From NCBI GenBank assembly GCA_964016885.1, contig OZ024741.1, forward strand, positions 18,972,001 through 19,036,000: DNA of 64,000 bases. Reading direction: 5' to 3'. Within the stretch, counting starts at the first letter, position 1. Every line of letters starts with the position of its first letter. The notes under the pieces were generated by a model. That model was not told where the DNA came from. It was given only the letters and a program-made list of their open reading frames with translations, and searched no databases. A program made the translations under genes and the position numbers. The DNA is from Eledone cirrhosa. Lineage: Eukaryota. Of the stretch, positions 50,125 through 63,402 are shown piece after piece.

Positions 50125-51722
50125 TGAGCCAGCCATTGTGGTGCCATGCTAGATGCTTTTGTAGTCAGCTGTCACTGGTCTCCATCAGGCATAGAATGGT
50201 TCTGGTATTGTGACCTGTTCAGTCTTTGATATTGTTGAACCAAGATTTTCTTTGTCTATCCCTTCTTTACCCCCCTGCGACTGTGCCATGAATGATGGTT
50301 TTAGACAGGGATATGTGGCCCTACCTGACAAGCTTCTGTCATTACATCACCACTAGGAGTGGTTCCTCTTTGCCAGTGTATTTTGTTGACTTGTTGCCTG
50401 ACAAAGCTCTTTGTTTTGTGCTTCTGAGGCACTTGTGTATGGCTGCTTCGGTTCTTTGTTCCACGTGAACTGTAAGAGTCTAACTCTCACATCCATACAG
50501 AATTTATGTTACCAGGGACTTGTAGAATTTGTGCCTTATTGGAAAACTAAGTGAATTGCTTTCCCATATGAGGTTAATCTTTGTCATAGCAGAAGAGGCC
50601 AAACCAATCTTGTCATTATCTTCTTTTGAGATCTGTCATCTTTGGTCAGAGTTGATCCTAGGTACTTGAAGCTGCCCACTTCTTCAAGTCTTTCTCTTAC
50701 TAGCAAGATGTTGGTTGCTGTATTCTGGTTATGACTGTTTACCAGAATCTCACTCTTTTCTGAGCTGATCTCTACTCTGTATGCTCCTGATACTTTTTCC
50801 AGTCTGGCGGTGAACTCCTGGAATTCTGCTTCACTGCCTTCTAACAGGTCATTATAATCAGCAAAGTGTAGCTTGAAAATTGGCCATTCTGCAATGGAAA
50901 CAGGTACATAAGTCTTGGATTGTCTCTTGTGTGATGTTCTCCAGGAAGATGTGGAAAAGCACTGTCGACCTCCAACTGTTGTTATTCAGAAGAGCGACTT
51001 TTTAACATTTTCAGATGCTGCTTCGATTACTTGAATGAAGTGACTGTCAAGGTTGTAATCTCTCATCAACTACCACAAACCCTCAGGCCAAATATGGTCA
51101 AAGGCTTTTTTGAAGTCAATGAAATTATGATAGAAGTTAGATTGTTGCTGCAGATGTTTCTCAGTTAGCCATCTGATGTTAAATATCTGCTCTACTGTAC
51201 TCTTTTTGGACCTGAATCCTGCCTATTCTTGTGCTAGGATTTCTTCTGCCTTTCCTTTAACCCTTTAATGTTCAAACTGGCCAGAATTTTCTACCGCTTT
51301 CTGTTGAAACTGGCTGTAACTTGTCTCTCAGACTGATGTTAAGGTATTGTTCTCAAAATAAATACTTTCAAAATCTCATAGATTCCATATTATGTGAGAT
51401 AATTATGCGAGATAAAGTATTTACCATGAAAATGTAATAGTAAATATAGAGTAATATGAATGCTAAAGGGTTATAATAATAATAATGAAATATTGTGTAC
51501 AGTGCTCAGGTGCACTACAACTCATCAAAAAGTGTATGTATAGTACATAGGGTAATGTACAAACGTCAGGAAAATGAACAGGGTTAAGTTTTGTTAGAAG
51601 AACTCTTATCAATACTTCACTGAGGTATCTAATTAGACTGATTGTTCTGTAACTCTGGCAGTTGCCTTTCTTGGGAATGTATACCATTAGTGATTGTGTC
51701 CATTCCTTTGGCCACTTCTTTG
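50125..51722 (-). mobile_element. Old RTE-clade LINE RT remnant interrupted by younger insertions (about 51260-51580)
   Basis: Minus-strand remnants EWTQSL...PKKG..CQSYRTISLI, DFKKAFD, FADY and FKYLGS. Confidence 0.65.
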
Positions 51723-52397
51723 TTAAAATGTTTAGATTTACTAGAAAACGTTTCATCATAAATTTATGTGAGAACCTTTGTTAACCTTTTTGTTACTAAA
51801 CCACTTGAGACTGTCCTGGTTCTATGACAGGAAACTGTGTTTATATTTTTCTAAATATCTCCCATCATAATTTTATGTAAGAACCTTTGTTGTGTTCCAA
51901 ACACCAACTTAATGAGAAAGTGATGTTACAAACTCTCTCCAAATTCTTCATTGTTTCCAAAATTATTTGGAAATCATAGTTTTTTTCTCTTTTCTTTTAG
52001 AACTAAAGTAATATAAAGGTTAAAATATAAATATTATTCCTGGTTTAAATAAGTATATTTTTAAGAAAGATCATAAAACCTTTAACTGCTGCTTTGCACA
52101 TTCACTTCCTCTTGTGAGCTCAGAAACACCCCATTTGGGTGCTGCTACCCAGATTACAAGACAGACTAATAGACATGAAGCCCAGTAAATCAAAGATTAC
52201 CACCTCTGGTGTTTATATAGAATCAATTCTTCCCACTATCATTGATTTTTCTCTCCTCTCTCTCTTTTCTTTCTCTCTTTCACTCACTCACTTACTCCTG
52301 GATATTAGTATGAAATGCCTACACACAGAACACAATACACCAACACAAGCCAACAATGTATACCAACATGTTAGAAATAACAGCCAGATCGTCCTCA

Positions 52398-52830
52398 TTC
52401 TTCTTCTTTGACCACTTATTCGTGAGACGATTGTGGGGGCAGAGTCCTCAAACACTCCTACCAGTGGGTCCTGCCAGAAGCAACCGTCTCTATCTACTTG
52501 ATAGATTCCTAAGCAAGCCCAGCTAAACTCACGGATGTTATACAATAATCTTGCTCGGGTTCTACCCCTGCGTCTCCTACTGGTTGGTTTTGCTTGTAAA
52601 ATCTGTCCAATGATTCTTTCCTGAGACATTCTAACCACATGTCCATAGTATCAGAGTTGTGATCTCTCAATTCAGAGAAGTAACGGCTCTACCTGGAGTG
52701 ACTCTCTGATCTCCAAGCTATGCACTCTATCAAGTAACATTACTCCAAAGACCCAAGATTCATGACCATAGGTCGTGGTTGGCATGAACACCAAATTGAA
52801 GATAGCAAGTTTGGCTTTTACACCTACCTC
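52398..52830 (-). mobile_element. Old LINE 3' fragment
   Basis: GHVVRMSQER...P..RR.RGR.R.R in ORF 52288..52638. Confidence 0.6.
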
Positions 52831-53641
52831 CCTTGACTGTCTTATAACTTTTCCAACTAGAATTACTTCCCTTGCATCTACACTAATCCTATTAACTTAC
52901 AATATAATGCATTGCAAGGATTTAGTAAAATCATTTTTACTTTAAATTTGAGCTTTAGGACATTGGGTAGACTTAAACGATTGCTCAGTTAAAGACAACC
53001 ATCTGGAATTTGGATAACATTTCAGCCAAATCCCCGACTTGAAGATACTTTCTTACCTCACTTTGAGAAGCCCTGAAAAGTGTCAAGGACATTGCTCTAC
53101 CTCAAGACAAAGCATTGAAACGAACAAGGAAAATCATTTTTTCATAAATTTATGATGGTTTTAATTTAAATTAGAAAAATTTTTAATGGGTGATTTTATT
53201 TCATAGAACCAGAGCTGGTATTGGCCAGGTTAATAACTAAAGTGTTAAAGCAAAATGTTTTTTTTTATATGCCAAACTGAGTAAGGGTTGGGAAGACGCC
53301 TCAGTCATATCAAGGACATGACAGTCTCCTTTGATTTGGTGATCTACACAATAAATGCACCCAGTACATGCTGTAAAGTGGTTGTTGATAGGAAGGGCAT
53401 CCAGCTATAGACACCTTGACAAACAAAGGGCTGGGAGGTCCTTCAGTTGTGTCAAAGACATGACAACCTGCCCTCTGCACTTGGTAGAGTGTGAGACAGT
53501 TCATAAGCAAGACAACAAATCCATGGCTTCTCTGGGAGATCAGTAGCCCTGCATCAGTACTGACTTGGTCTATGTAGACCCATCCATTACTTGCTAGCAG
53601 GGAAAGTGGATATTAACATCGTCATATATGACGACGATCGT

Positions 53642-55578
53642 GATAATAATAATAATGATAATAATAATAATAATGAAATATTGTGTACAGTGCTCAGGTG
53701 CACTACAACTCATCCAAAAGTGTATGTATAGTACATAGGGTAATGTACAAACGTCAGGAAAATGAACAGTGCATGAATCATGATATACACGTGTGCATGT
53801 GTATGGAAGGGGTACATCAGGTATAGTTTTGGCGTATTTCGGGAAGCATGAGGGTTTTAAAGGATGCAGTGTCTCGGCAGCTAACAACTGACGCAGGCAG
53901 TTTGTTCCATGCTTCAGCAACTCTGAACGTGAAAAAATGTTTACGAAAGTCATGGGAGCTGTGCTGTTTTCTGATTTTGTAGGCATGTCCACGTGTGTTA
54001 GACACATGAAGATCAAAAAAGTGCTCAGGGTTGTTGTTGGCGAGATGGTTAATAACTTTGTGGGTGTTTACCAAGTCCATTGCCAGACGTCGGAGCTTCA
54101 ATGAATCCATGCCCAGGGAAGCAAGGCATTCAGAGTATGGTAGGTGTCTGATGGAGGGTATGCGCTTGGTTGCACGTCTCTGAACAGTTTCCAGGAGGTC
54201 AATGTTCTGGGGTTCGAGACTGATGATGCGAGTTCCAAGTGTGGTCGTACCATAGCTGTATACAGCTTTAAATAGATGGCTGGAGAGCGGCTAACAAAGG
54301 TCTTGCTGAGTGATGCCAAGACACCCTCGGCCTTCTTGACAATCTTAGAGACATGCTTTGTCCAATGCAAATCGCTGCTGACAGTAATGCCCAGGTCACG
54401 TTCACAAGAGGACTTCTTGATATCACTGTTGTGGAGGGAGTATGTGGACGCTGGATTTTTCCTCCCAAAATGCATGGTGGTACACTTGTCCACAGCCAGC
54501 TTCAGTTGCCAGTCTGTGATCCATTGCTGCATTGTGTCCAGGTCTGATTGTAGGAAAGAGTTGTAGATTTCAGGATCAGTCCTTTTGATTTCAAAGTACA
54601 GCTTGATGTCATCTGCATATTTCAGTACCGTGGCATTCTTTAAGTTGGCATCTATGTCATTAATATATGCCACAAACAAAAGGGGACCAAGAACAGATCC
54701 CTGTCGTATACCAGATGACATCTCATATGGAGAAGAATGCTGTCCTAGAACCGTGACTACCTCTTTTTGGCTGAGAATGAAGGATTTCAACCAGTTAAAA
54801 AGATCATACTCATTGCAGAGAGTTTTGCCATAAGTCTTTTGTGTGGCACAGAATTAAAGCCTTAGCAAAGTCAAGGTAAACAACGTCCACCCATGAGCTG
54901 CTGTCGGTGATCCGGGTAATGTCTTCAAGGATCTCGATAAGCTGATCACAGCAGCTGGAGTTAGGGATAAATCTAAACTGTGAGGGCCGGATGAGGCTGT
55001 GAGAGCTCCAGAAGTTCCAAAGTGTTTCTCTGACACAGGATTCCATCAGTTTGGCCATACAGCTAGTAAGACTGACTGGACGATAGTTGACAGGTGACAT
55101 GCGGTCGCCCTTTTTGAACAGGGGAATGACACTGGCAGTTTTCCACTACTCCGGAGTAGCACCATTGTTGAGACAGTATTGAAAGAAGAAAGAAAGCTGG
55201 TGCAAAAGGAAGTACCCGCCACGTTTGAGAAGTAGGTATGTAACACCATCAAGACCAGGGGAGGCATAGTTGCGCTTATTCTTAAGGTGACGTCACAACA
55301 TTGCAGGTGTAAATTCCATAGTTGTTATGGAATTTGATGTTAGAGATGGTGGAGATGGTACATTCTGGTTTTCAACAGTAAAAATACTTGCATAGCACTC
55401 AGCAATGAGTTCTGCGCATTCTTTGGGATCGTCAGTGATCTGGCTTGTGTGGGGATTGCGAAGAGGACCAACTGGAGAGTGAGGTCTCTGCTTTGAATGA
55501 ACATATTTCCAGAACACCTTACTGTCAGGATTGGTTGCTATGCACTGTTCAAATTCAAGCACTGCCTTCTTTGTCACT
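53642..55578 (-). mobile_element. 5'-truncated CR1-type LINE with frameshifted RT
   Basis: NYRPVSLTS, YLDFAKA, GIRQGSVLGPLLF, YADD, RPHLE and NTRGH..K....R..FF..RV...WN.LP in consecutive ORFs; (TAT)n tail. Confidence 0.93.
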
Positions 55579-55731
55579 ATGATGATGATGATAACAAGGG
55601 GCTGTGGATTCAAGTGGGTGGCTGGTATGGAAAAGGTTAAAAGATCTTGTTGAGTTTTAAATTAAAGAAATATAAGAAAGTAAACTGATTTCTCTGAATT
55701 GATCTGGAAATTATTGTAATTTATTTTATAG

Positions 55732-55825
55732 GAATCCAAAGTTTTGAATGAGAAGAACTCTGCCCTTAACCAAAAACTTCTCTGTGCTGAATTTAAGATC
55801 AAAGAGGATGAAAAAAAAATCGAAG
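55732..55825 (+). CDS. MYO5: Myosin V exon 23, coiled coil (ESKVLNEKNSALNQKLL)
   Basis: tatAG/GTtttt; phase 0/1 links exon 22 to exon 24 in frame. Confidence 0.8.
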
Positions 55826-56109
55826 GTTTTTACTATTTGAGTATTTATTGTTGTTGGGGCAGTTGAGAGGCAGTATCATTAGAGCCTTTTGAGGCTCTTT
55901 AAACTGTGTTTAAATTCCTTTGAGGTTAACTTTGCCTTTCATTCCTTTAAGATTGATAAAATAAAGTACCAGTCAAGTACTGGGGTTGATTTAACTGGCT
56001 TACCTCTTCTCCCCACGGTACTGGCCTTCTGCTTAAATTACAAACCATTATTATTGTTGTTGTTGTTTGATAGGTGATATGAGCAATTTCTGTTATGCTG
56101 TATAAGATA

Positions 56110-57210
56110 ATTCTATGTTATACTATATGGTGTAACTACTTGTTATCATACTCTATGGTATAACCATCTGTTATCACACTCTATGGTATAACCATCTGTT
56201 AACACACTCTATGGTATAACCATCTGTTATCATACTATATGGTATAACAATCTGTTATCACACTCTATGGTATAACCATCTGTTATCACACTCTATGGTA
56301 TAACCATCTGTTATTATACTATATGGTATAACCATATGTTATCACACTCTATGGTATAACCATCTGTTATCATACTATATGGTATAACCATCTGTTACCA
56401 TACTCTATGGTATAACTACCTGTTATCGCAATCTATGGTATAACCATCTGTTATCATACTATATGATATAACCACCTGTTATCATACTATATGATATAAC
56501 CACCTGTTATCATACTATATGGTATAACCATCTCTTATCACACTCTACGATATAACCACCTGTTATCATACTATATGGTATAACCATATGTTATCACACT
56601 ATGGTATAACCATAGGTTATCACACTCTATGGTATAACCATCTGTTACCATGCTATATGGTATAACCATCTGTTATCACTATATGGTATAACCATCTGTT
56701 ATCATACTATATGGTATAATCATCTGTTACCCCACTCTATGGTATAACCATCTGTTATCACACTCTATAGTATAACCATCTGTTATCTTACTATATGGTA
56801 TAACCATCTGTTACCATACTATATGGTATAACCATCTGTTATCCCACTCTATGGTATAACCATCTGTTATCATACTATAGGGTATAACCATCTGTTATAA
56901 CACTATGATATAACCATCTGTTATCACACTCTATAGTATAACCATCTATTATTATACTATATGGTATAACCATCTGTTATCACACTCTATAGTATAACCA
57001 TCTATTATTATACTATATGGTATAACCATCTGTTATCACACTATGGTATAACCATCTGTTATCACACTATGGTATAACCATCTGTTATCACACTATGGTA
57101 TAACCATCTGTTATCACACTCTATAGTATAACCATCTATTATTATACTATATGGTATAACCATCTGTTATCACACTCTATAGTATAACCATCTATTATCA
57201 TACTATATGA
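56110..57210. repeat. 28-bp minisatellite, about 39 copies, ending about 90 bp before exon 24
   Basis: Unit ggtataaccatctgttatcacactctat. Confidence 0.96.
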
Positions 57211-57301
57211 GATGACTATGTTTTATGTGGTGTGAGATTTGAGATGGCCCAAATGCTTATAATTAATAATGTTCAATTTTTCCTATATTTTCCTTGTTAA
57301 G

Positions 57302-57600
57302 ACTATGTCCAGAAAATTGAGTCCCTATCGGCTGTCGATGTACAGCGGGACAGGGCCATTGAGAAAGCCCACCATGAAAAAATGATGCATGATTATGAAC
57401 AACTGAAACAACACTATGACAAACTACGACATGAAATGACAATACTGAAGCAGAGTCACCATCGTACTCCTTCTGATCACAGTACCATCAGCTTCGAGTC
57501 TGCTGAGGAGGAGGTACCAGCTGCTGAAGTTGAGGAAGATGAGGAACAACAAGCTGCAAATATTGTGGCTGAGATAGTTGCAGAAACAGATGACAGGGAG
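57302..57600 (+). CDS. MYO5: Myosin V exon 24, end of first coiled coil and PEST-like region (YEQLKQHYDKLRHEM..HHRTPSDHSTIS..EEE)
   Basis: ttaAG acceptor, GTaata donor (alternative GTacca at 57514); resembles class V RLEERYDDLKEEM..HKRTDS. Confidence 0.85.
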
Positions 57601-57829
57601 GTAATATATATATATTATTTTTTTTTTTGGGGGGGGGGGGGAGAAGAAGGAGCAATGATATTTACCATTGAATTTCTGTTGTGTGGCTATTTCTGTTGTC
57701 ACATTTTACCCTCAGATATACTTTATTAAATGTGTGTGTGTTGGTATGTTTCAATGTATGTGTGTGTTTGTTGTCACATATACCATAATATACAATTCAT
57801 TGAATGCGTGTTTGTATGTTTCAATGTGT

Positions 57830-58445
57830 GGTGTTCTAGAGGACTTTCGTCCTCAGCCAACTGGACTATTGCTCTTAGCTATGGTCGCCCCACAGTGTCA
57901 AACTAACTGCAGAATCTGAAGCAATCCAATGAAGCTACATCAAGAAGATTGTCTCAATGAAATAGATGAGCTACGGGGAAAGGCTGGACAAACTAAAGCT
58001 TTACTCCCTGGAGCAGAGACAGGAGAGATACGCAGTGATATACATATGAAAGATCCTGGGACGATTAGAACCAAACTTCGACATTGAAGACAGGACCAGC
58101 CCATGACCAGGACGCCACTGTGTAGTGCCAAAGGTCCCATCCATCGCATCAATAAGAAGGACCACATACTGCAATAGCCTGGGGTTCAAGGGACCGCAAC
58201 TTTTTAATAAGCTGTCAAACAATCTGAGAGATCTACATGGTGTACATGTAGATATTTTCAAGAGACATCTTGACATTCTACTGACCAAGATTCCAGATTA
58301 ATCCACAGCACGAGACGAAGAACAAAGAAGAGCAGCAGCAAAAAACTCCCTTTTGTATCAATGGCCAGTCAGGGAAGGCTGGCTATAGAAAGTGCAGCAT
58401 CAATGGCAGTGGCCCAGCATGGCCTCAGGCCCTCAGCTGGAATGC
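57830..58445 (+). mobile_element. CR1/L2-group LINE 3' fragment
   Basis: LYSLEQRQERYAVIYI.KIL...G..LFN.L...R....V..FKR.LD..L..IPD read from the sequence. Confidence 0.6.
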
Positions 58446-59987
58446 GTAATAGAGTGTATGTGTTTGTTGTCACATTTAATTTATATACTTCATTGTATGT
58501 ATGTATGTATGTATGTATGTATGTATGTATGTGTGTGTTTGGTAGCATATATACCATTGTATGTATGTATGTGTGTGTGTGTGTTTGGTAGCATATATAC
58601 CATTGTATGTATGTGTGTTTGGTAGTATATATACCATTGTATGTATGTATGTATGTTGTCCCATACCATAATGTACACTTCCTAGAATGTGTGTGTATGT
58701 ATTTAGTACCTCATATACCAAAATGCCTACTTAATTGAATATATATGTGACTGTATCTAAATTGTTGTTGATGCCTTAGGTTAGCCCAGATCCAAAAAAA
58801 CTTACAATGAAAAGTATTCCAGCCTTGACACGTTATACATGACAAAATAGTACATTGCTAGAAATCCAATATGTTATAAAATAAATAGGATTGGTTGTGG
58901 TCTCAATATGTAAACTAAACGACTAATTCTGTTGTTTTTTTTAATCATCAGGTGCAACTTAGAAAAATTACTGATTTTCCAAACCCCCACTTATTCCACC
59001 CCCACCCCCTATTATTTGGGGCCCGAGAGTAGATGAATTGTGGGTGAATTCAACAGATCCCTTTCCCTCCACAGTGGTCATCCCAACTACCCTTTAATAC
59101 ATATTAACATCTGAACTATCACATTACATATATTCTCCAACTTTCTAATGAATAATTTTTTTCTGGTTTTATTCTCTACCTGTGGTGGACAGTAGAGTTG
59201 GTTGAACAGCAGACACCATGCTTTGCAGCATAGACTTTCCCCCCTTTATGTAGACTTACCTCCCTTTATGCTCTGAGTGTAAATCCCGCCGAGGTTAGCT
59301 TTGCCTTTCATCCTTATGGGGTTGATAAAACAAAGTACCAGTAACATACTGGGACCGATTTAATCAACTTTCACCTCCTCAAAAATCATTGCCCTTGTGC
59401 CTAAATCAGAAACCATCATTCTGTTACCTCTTCATGTGTCAGCTGACACAAGGATGTGATGTAGTGGACTACATACCTCTCTGAATAAGCTAAATAATGT
59501 GGATATTATCATTGACGGTAAAAAGTTCCCAATCCACACTGTAAATGTGGTTGGTGTTAGGAAGGGCATCCAGCCGTAGAAAACCTGCCAGATAGTCCTA
59601 TACGAGGGAGACATGGTCACCCGACCAATCTTGCCTCAAGTGGGACAATTCCCGTCTAACCCATGCTAGCGTGGAAAATAGACGTTAAATGATGATGATG
59701 ATGATAAGATAATAATTGGTGGTTACTCTGTTTCTTGCCTTCATTCAGTTTGTCTCTTTCATCAAATGTCCAGTCCAGTACCAATACTGACTGACAGTAT
59801 GTGTCCACGTGTGTGTATGCATATATGTATGTTTTTTTTTTAGGGTAGGGTAGTAGAGTGAGATACTCTTAGTGTTCATTAAGACTCTAGGAGGAGCTCA
59901 CTCTGATGTAAAACCTCCAACTTAGTTGTATTCAATGATGTAGACCAGTTCTACTTTTTGGGTAAATGCATTCAATGTTCAGAAAGT

Positions 59988-60390
59988 GGGATTGGCCTCA
60001 TACGAAGCCTTACCTCACGGGATTGGCCTCAAATAAAGCCTTACCTCACGGGATTGGCCTCAAATAAAGCCTTACCTCACGGGATTGGCCTCAAACAAAG
60101 CCTTACCTCACGGGATTGGCCTCAAACAAAGCCTTACTTCACGGGATTGACCTCAAACAAAGCCTTACTTCACGGGATTGGCCTTAAATAAAGCCTTACC
60201 TCACGGGATTGGCCTCAAACAAAGCCTTACCTCACGGGATTGGCCTTAAACAAAGCCTTACCTCACGGGATTGGCCTCAAACAAAGCCTTACTTCACGGG
60301 ATTGGCCTCAAACAAAGCCTTACCTCACGGGATTGGCCTTAAACAAAGCCTTACCTCACGGGATTGGCCTCAAACAAAGCCTTACCTCAC
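59988..60390. repeat. 31-bp minisatellite, about 13 copies
   Basis: Unit cacgggattggcctcaaacaaagccttacct. Confidence 0.95.
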
Positions 60391-61403
60391 TTAAAAAAGC
60401 TTCAAGCATTTTTCTTAAGTATCAAGCAATCACATTACTCAAAATTCAGTTTTAGCCAGCATGTGTGTGTGAGTGAGTGAGAGAGTGTGTGTGTGTTTGT
60501 GTGTATGTATGGCCATGATTATATATAGATCAAGAAACACATGCATGTGATTGTGTTTATATATGTATATTAATATTAAATAACTAGTGACAAGTAGGAA
60601 ACAGAGAAGAGAGAAAAAAAAATAATATATAAACAAACAAATAAATAAAAACACATCCACCCAGATATGTTACGAAGGTCTTTGACAATCAAACTATAAT
60701 AATAAATTGAAGTGAAACTCAACTGGTGTGATTTTATTGGCAGTATGACCCTCCCAAACTATAATATCTGTTTCAACACAGGTTTTCACATGAAAAAATC
60801 TTGCAAAACAAATATAAAAACGAAGTACCTTAAGCTATAAGTAAGCTAGCAAGATGCTGGAAACCACTGTTCTGTTGTCTGAAGAAAACAACTTAACAAC
60901 TTCACTTCATAAAACAATGTCTCATCCAGAGTTTACATTAACACTATCAACACCAACATAAAATGACTTCAACTAAAAAAACAAACTTTAATTCTGAAGA
61001 TAAAAATAAAAATCTACACAGAACTAAGCCAACAAGAACAGAAACATACCCTGATACAAGAAATAAGTAAGATCACTACACCAAGAGAAAAAAAGAGAAT
61101 ACATGAATATTATACACCAAGATGAGAAATTCATCACACAGAAATACAATAAATAGATAAGATTGATGGAATAAATGTGGTAGATGTCTGACTGACAAGA
61201 GAGTTCAGTTGTACTACACAAACATATGCAACAGGACCAAAGTAGACCATGACAAGTTGTCCATTCTACAGTTACCACCAAATTATGCCATACAGTAAGC
61301 TAAATATGTCAGAATGCTTATGAGATAGACAAAACTTTTACTAAACTTAGATGAAAACTGAGAAACAAAAACACTAGTTAGTTAATTGTTATTCTGGTTT
61401 TTG

Positions 61404-61437
<34 letters not shown>

Positions 61438-61675
61438 AAAAGTGGACATAAAATGATGATGATATATATTAAGTATAACCGAATTGCAGCTGCGAGTAGC
61501 AGATTCACATTCGATTTTCAGAGGCTGTCACAAAGCACTCAATGAGAGAGTAATCAATAAATCACTCCTCAGAGTAATCACAATAAGTTAGGTAATAGTG
61601 ACACAATGAATAACGTGACCAGAGGCGTGTTGTCACCTTAATACTATAACGAAAAATACAGACAGGTTAAAGATG

Positions 61676-61798
61676 GACCTGGACCTGCTCGATAGGTTTC
61701 TGGAAAATCCCAGAAGTTACATTCCAAGTTGCATAATATATATGCAAGTCAGTAATGTATCCTAAGATGGAACAGGGATTTTCCTTCATCAGCAGGTC
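61676..61798 (-). ncRNA. Type I hammerhead ribozyme with intact core and long branched stem II
   Basis: Minus strand: GACCUG-CUGAUGA-A-GGAAAAUCCC...GGGAUUUUCC-A-GAAA-CCU-aucgagc-AGG-UC|CAGGUC; 6-bp stem I, 10-bp stem II, 4-bp stem III, GUC triplet. Confidence 0.85.
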
Positions 61799-62216
61799 TT
61801 TTGTTCCAGTATCCACTTTCCACGGGTTATGAGATAACATTGCCTTTCAACTGTAGTAGTAAATTTGGCAGTGAGGTTACATGTTCTTTCTCAAAAAAAA
61901 GAGGAAAGTCACATCCGGGTTAAGGCTAGTACATTCAAAAGTGTAAAAATTTATTCACAGCCTTGAAGTAAGCTTTCAACTAGGTTTTCAAACAAACAAT
62001 TAACCCCCCATATATATATATATATATATTAGGTATAGGATTATCGTAGATGCAGTAATGGTTAATTACTACACTGGATAGAGTTGACGTACGGTGAGAG
62101 GTTACTCAACGAGTTATGGAAGAATTGTTGAAGAAACTTAGTTCCTGATCCTTCTGTATTCCGGAGTGTAGATAAAGAATGAATAATAACAGGTAGACAT
62201 CATAAAAAGGTAATTT

Positions 62217-62340
62217 ATTCCGTGGGCTTACAAATGTTTCCACGGTGGTTATACAGCCTAGTTATGCTATGTGCAAATCTATAACTATTTGCAGAACTCA
62301 ATTATCAAATGTTGTGACCACTGTATCATCAGAGCAGAAT
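62217..62340 (-). ncRNA. Type I hammerhead motif, left-arm copy
   Basis: Reverse complement of 63403-63526 (tcatcag at 62326-62332). Confidence 0.65.
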
Positions 62341-63402
62341 GGTTAAAATGTACAATGTAAATACCCTTAAGTGAGGTTATTGGTGAAGATAGAGTAGAAT
62401 AGGAAGAGAGAAAAGAAGGGGAGAGGAAGAGAGAGAGAAAGATATGCAGGGGTTGGAGAAATGGGAGAGAGCGGTTTGTAGATATCTTAATCAAAATGTT
62501 GTGGTAGGGGTTTTATTATACTGGTTACTCTCAAAGCGACCACCTTAAGCGATGCGTTGATAGTGAAGGTTGGAATTATTTATTGCCCCAGAGGGCAGGT
62601 TCATAGATGTGGGGAGGGAGGTAGGCCTAGGGCGAGAGAGAGAGAGAGAGAGTGGAATGGATAGAGAGGGAGTGATAGAGAGGGGACAGACGAAAACTAT
62701 GGGGTGGGTGAACATTGGATTCATAGTAGTAATTTACGAATTGCACTAAGTTCCTATTTATAGTGATAAGCAGGGTATTGTCTTGTAGTGTAAGGGAAGA
62801 GAAAGTGGTTAGATAGAAAGCAATGTTATAGTTACGGGTTCGAATGTTAAGTTATTTTATAGTGAGAGAATTTAGCTTTCAGTTTGTGGTTGCAGTACAA
62901 TGATCGTAACATTCAAACCCGTAACTATAGCATTGCTTTCTAGCTAACCACTTTCTCTTCCCCCACACTACAAGACAATACCCTGCTTATCACTATAAAT
63001 AGGAACTTAGTGCAATTCGTAGATTACTACTATGAACCCAATGTTCACCCACCCCATAGTTTTCGTCTGTCCCCTCTCTATCACTCCCTCTCTATCCATT
63101 CCACTCCCTCTCTCGCCCTAGGCCTACCTCCCTCTCCACATCTATGAACCTGCCCTCTGGGGCAATAAATAATTCCAACCTTGACTATCAACGCTTAAGG
63201 TGGTCGCTTTGAGAGTAACCAGTATAATAAAACCCCTACCACAACATTTTGATTAAGATATCTACAAACCGCTCTCTCCCATTTCTCCAACCCCTGCATA
63301 TCTCTCTCTGTCTCTCCATCTCCTCTTCTTTTCTCTCTTCCTATTCTACTCTATCTTCACCAATAACCTCACTTAAGGGTATTTACATTGTACATTTTAA
63401 CC

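Noticed and set aside
58952-59035. Possible next or terminal myosin exon after a T-rich acceptor (VQLRKITDFPNPH...*)
   Set aside because: Phase fits, but there is no similarity to the myosin V tail and it stops after 27 codons; RNA evidence is needed
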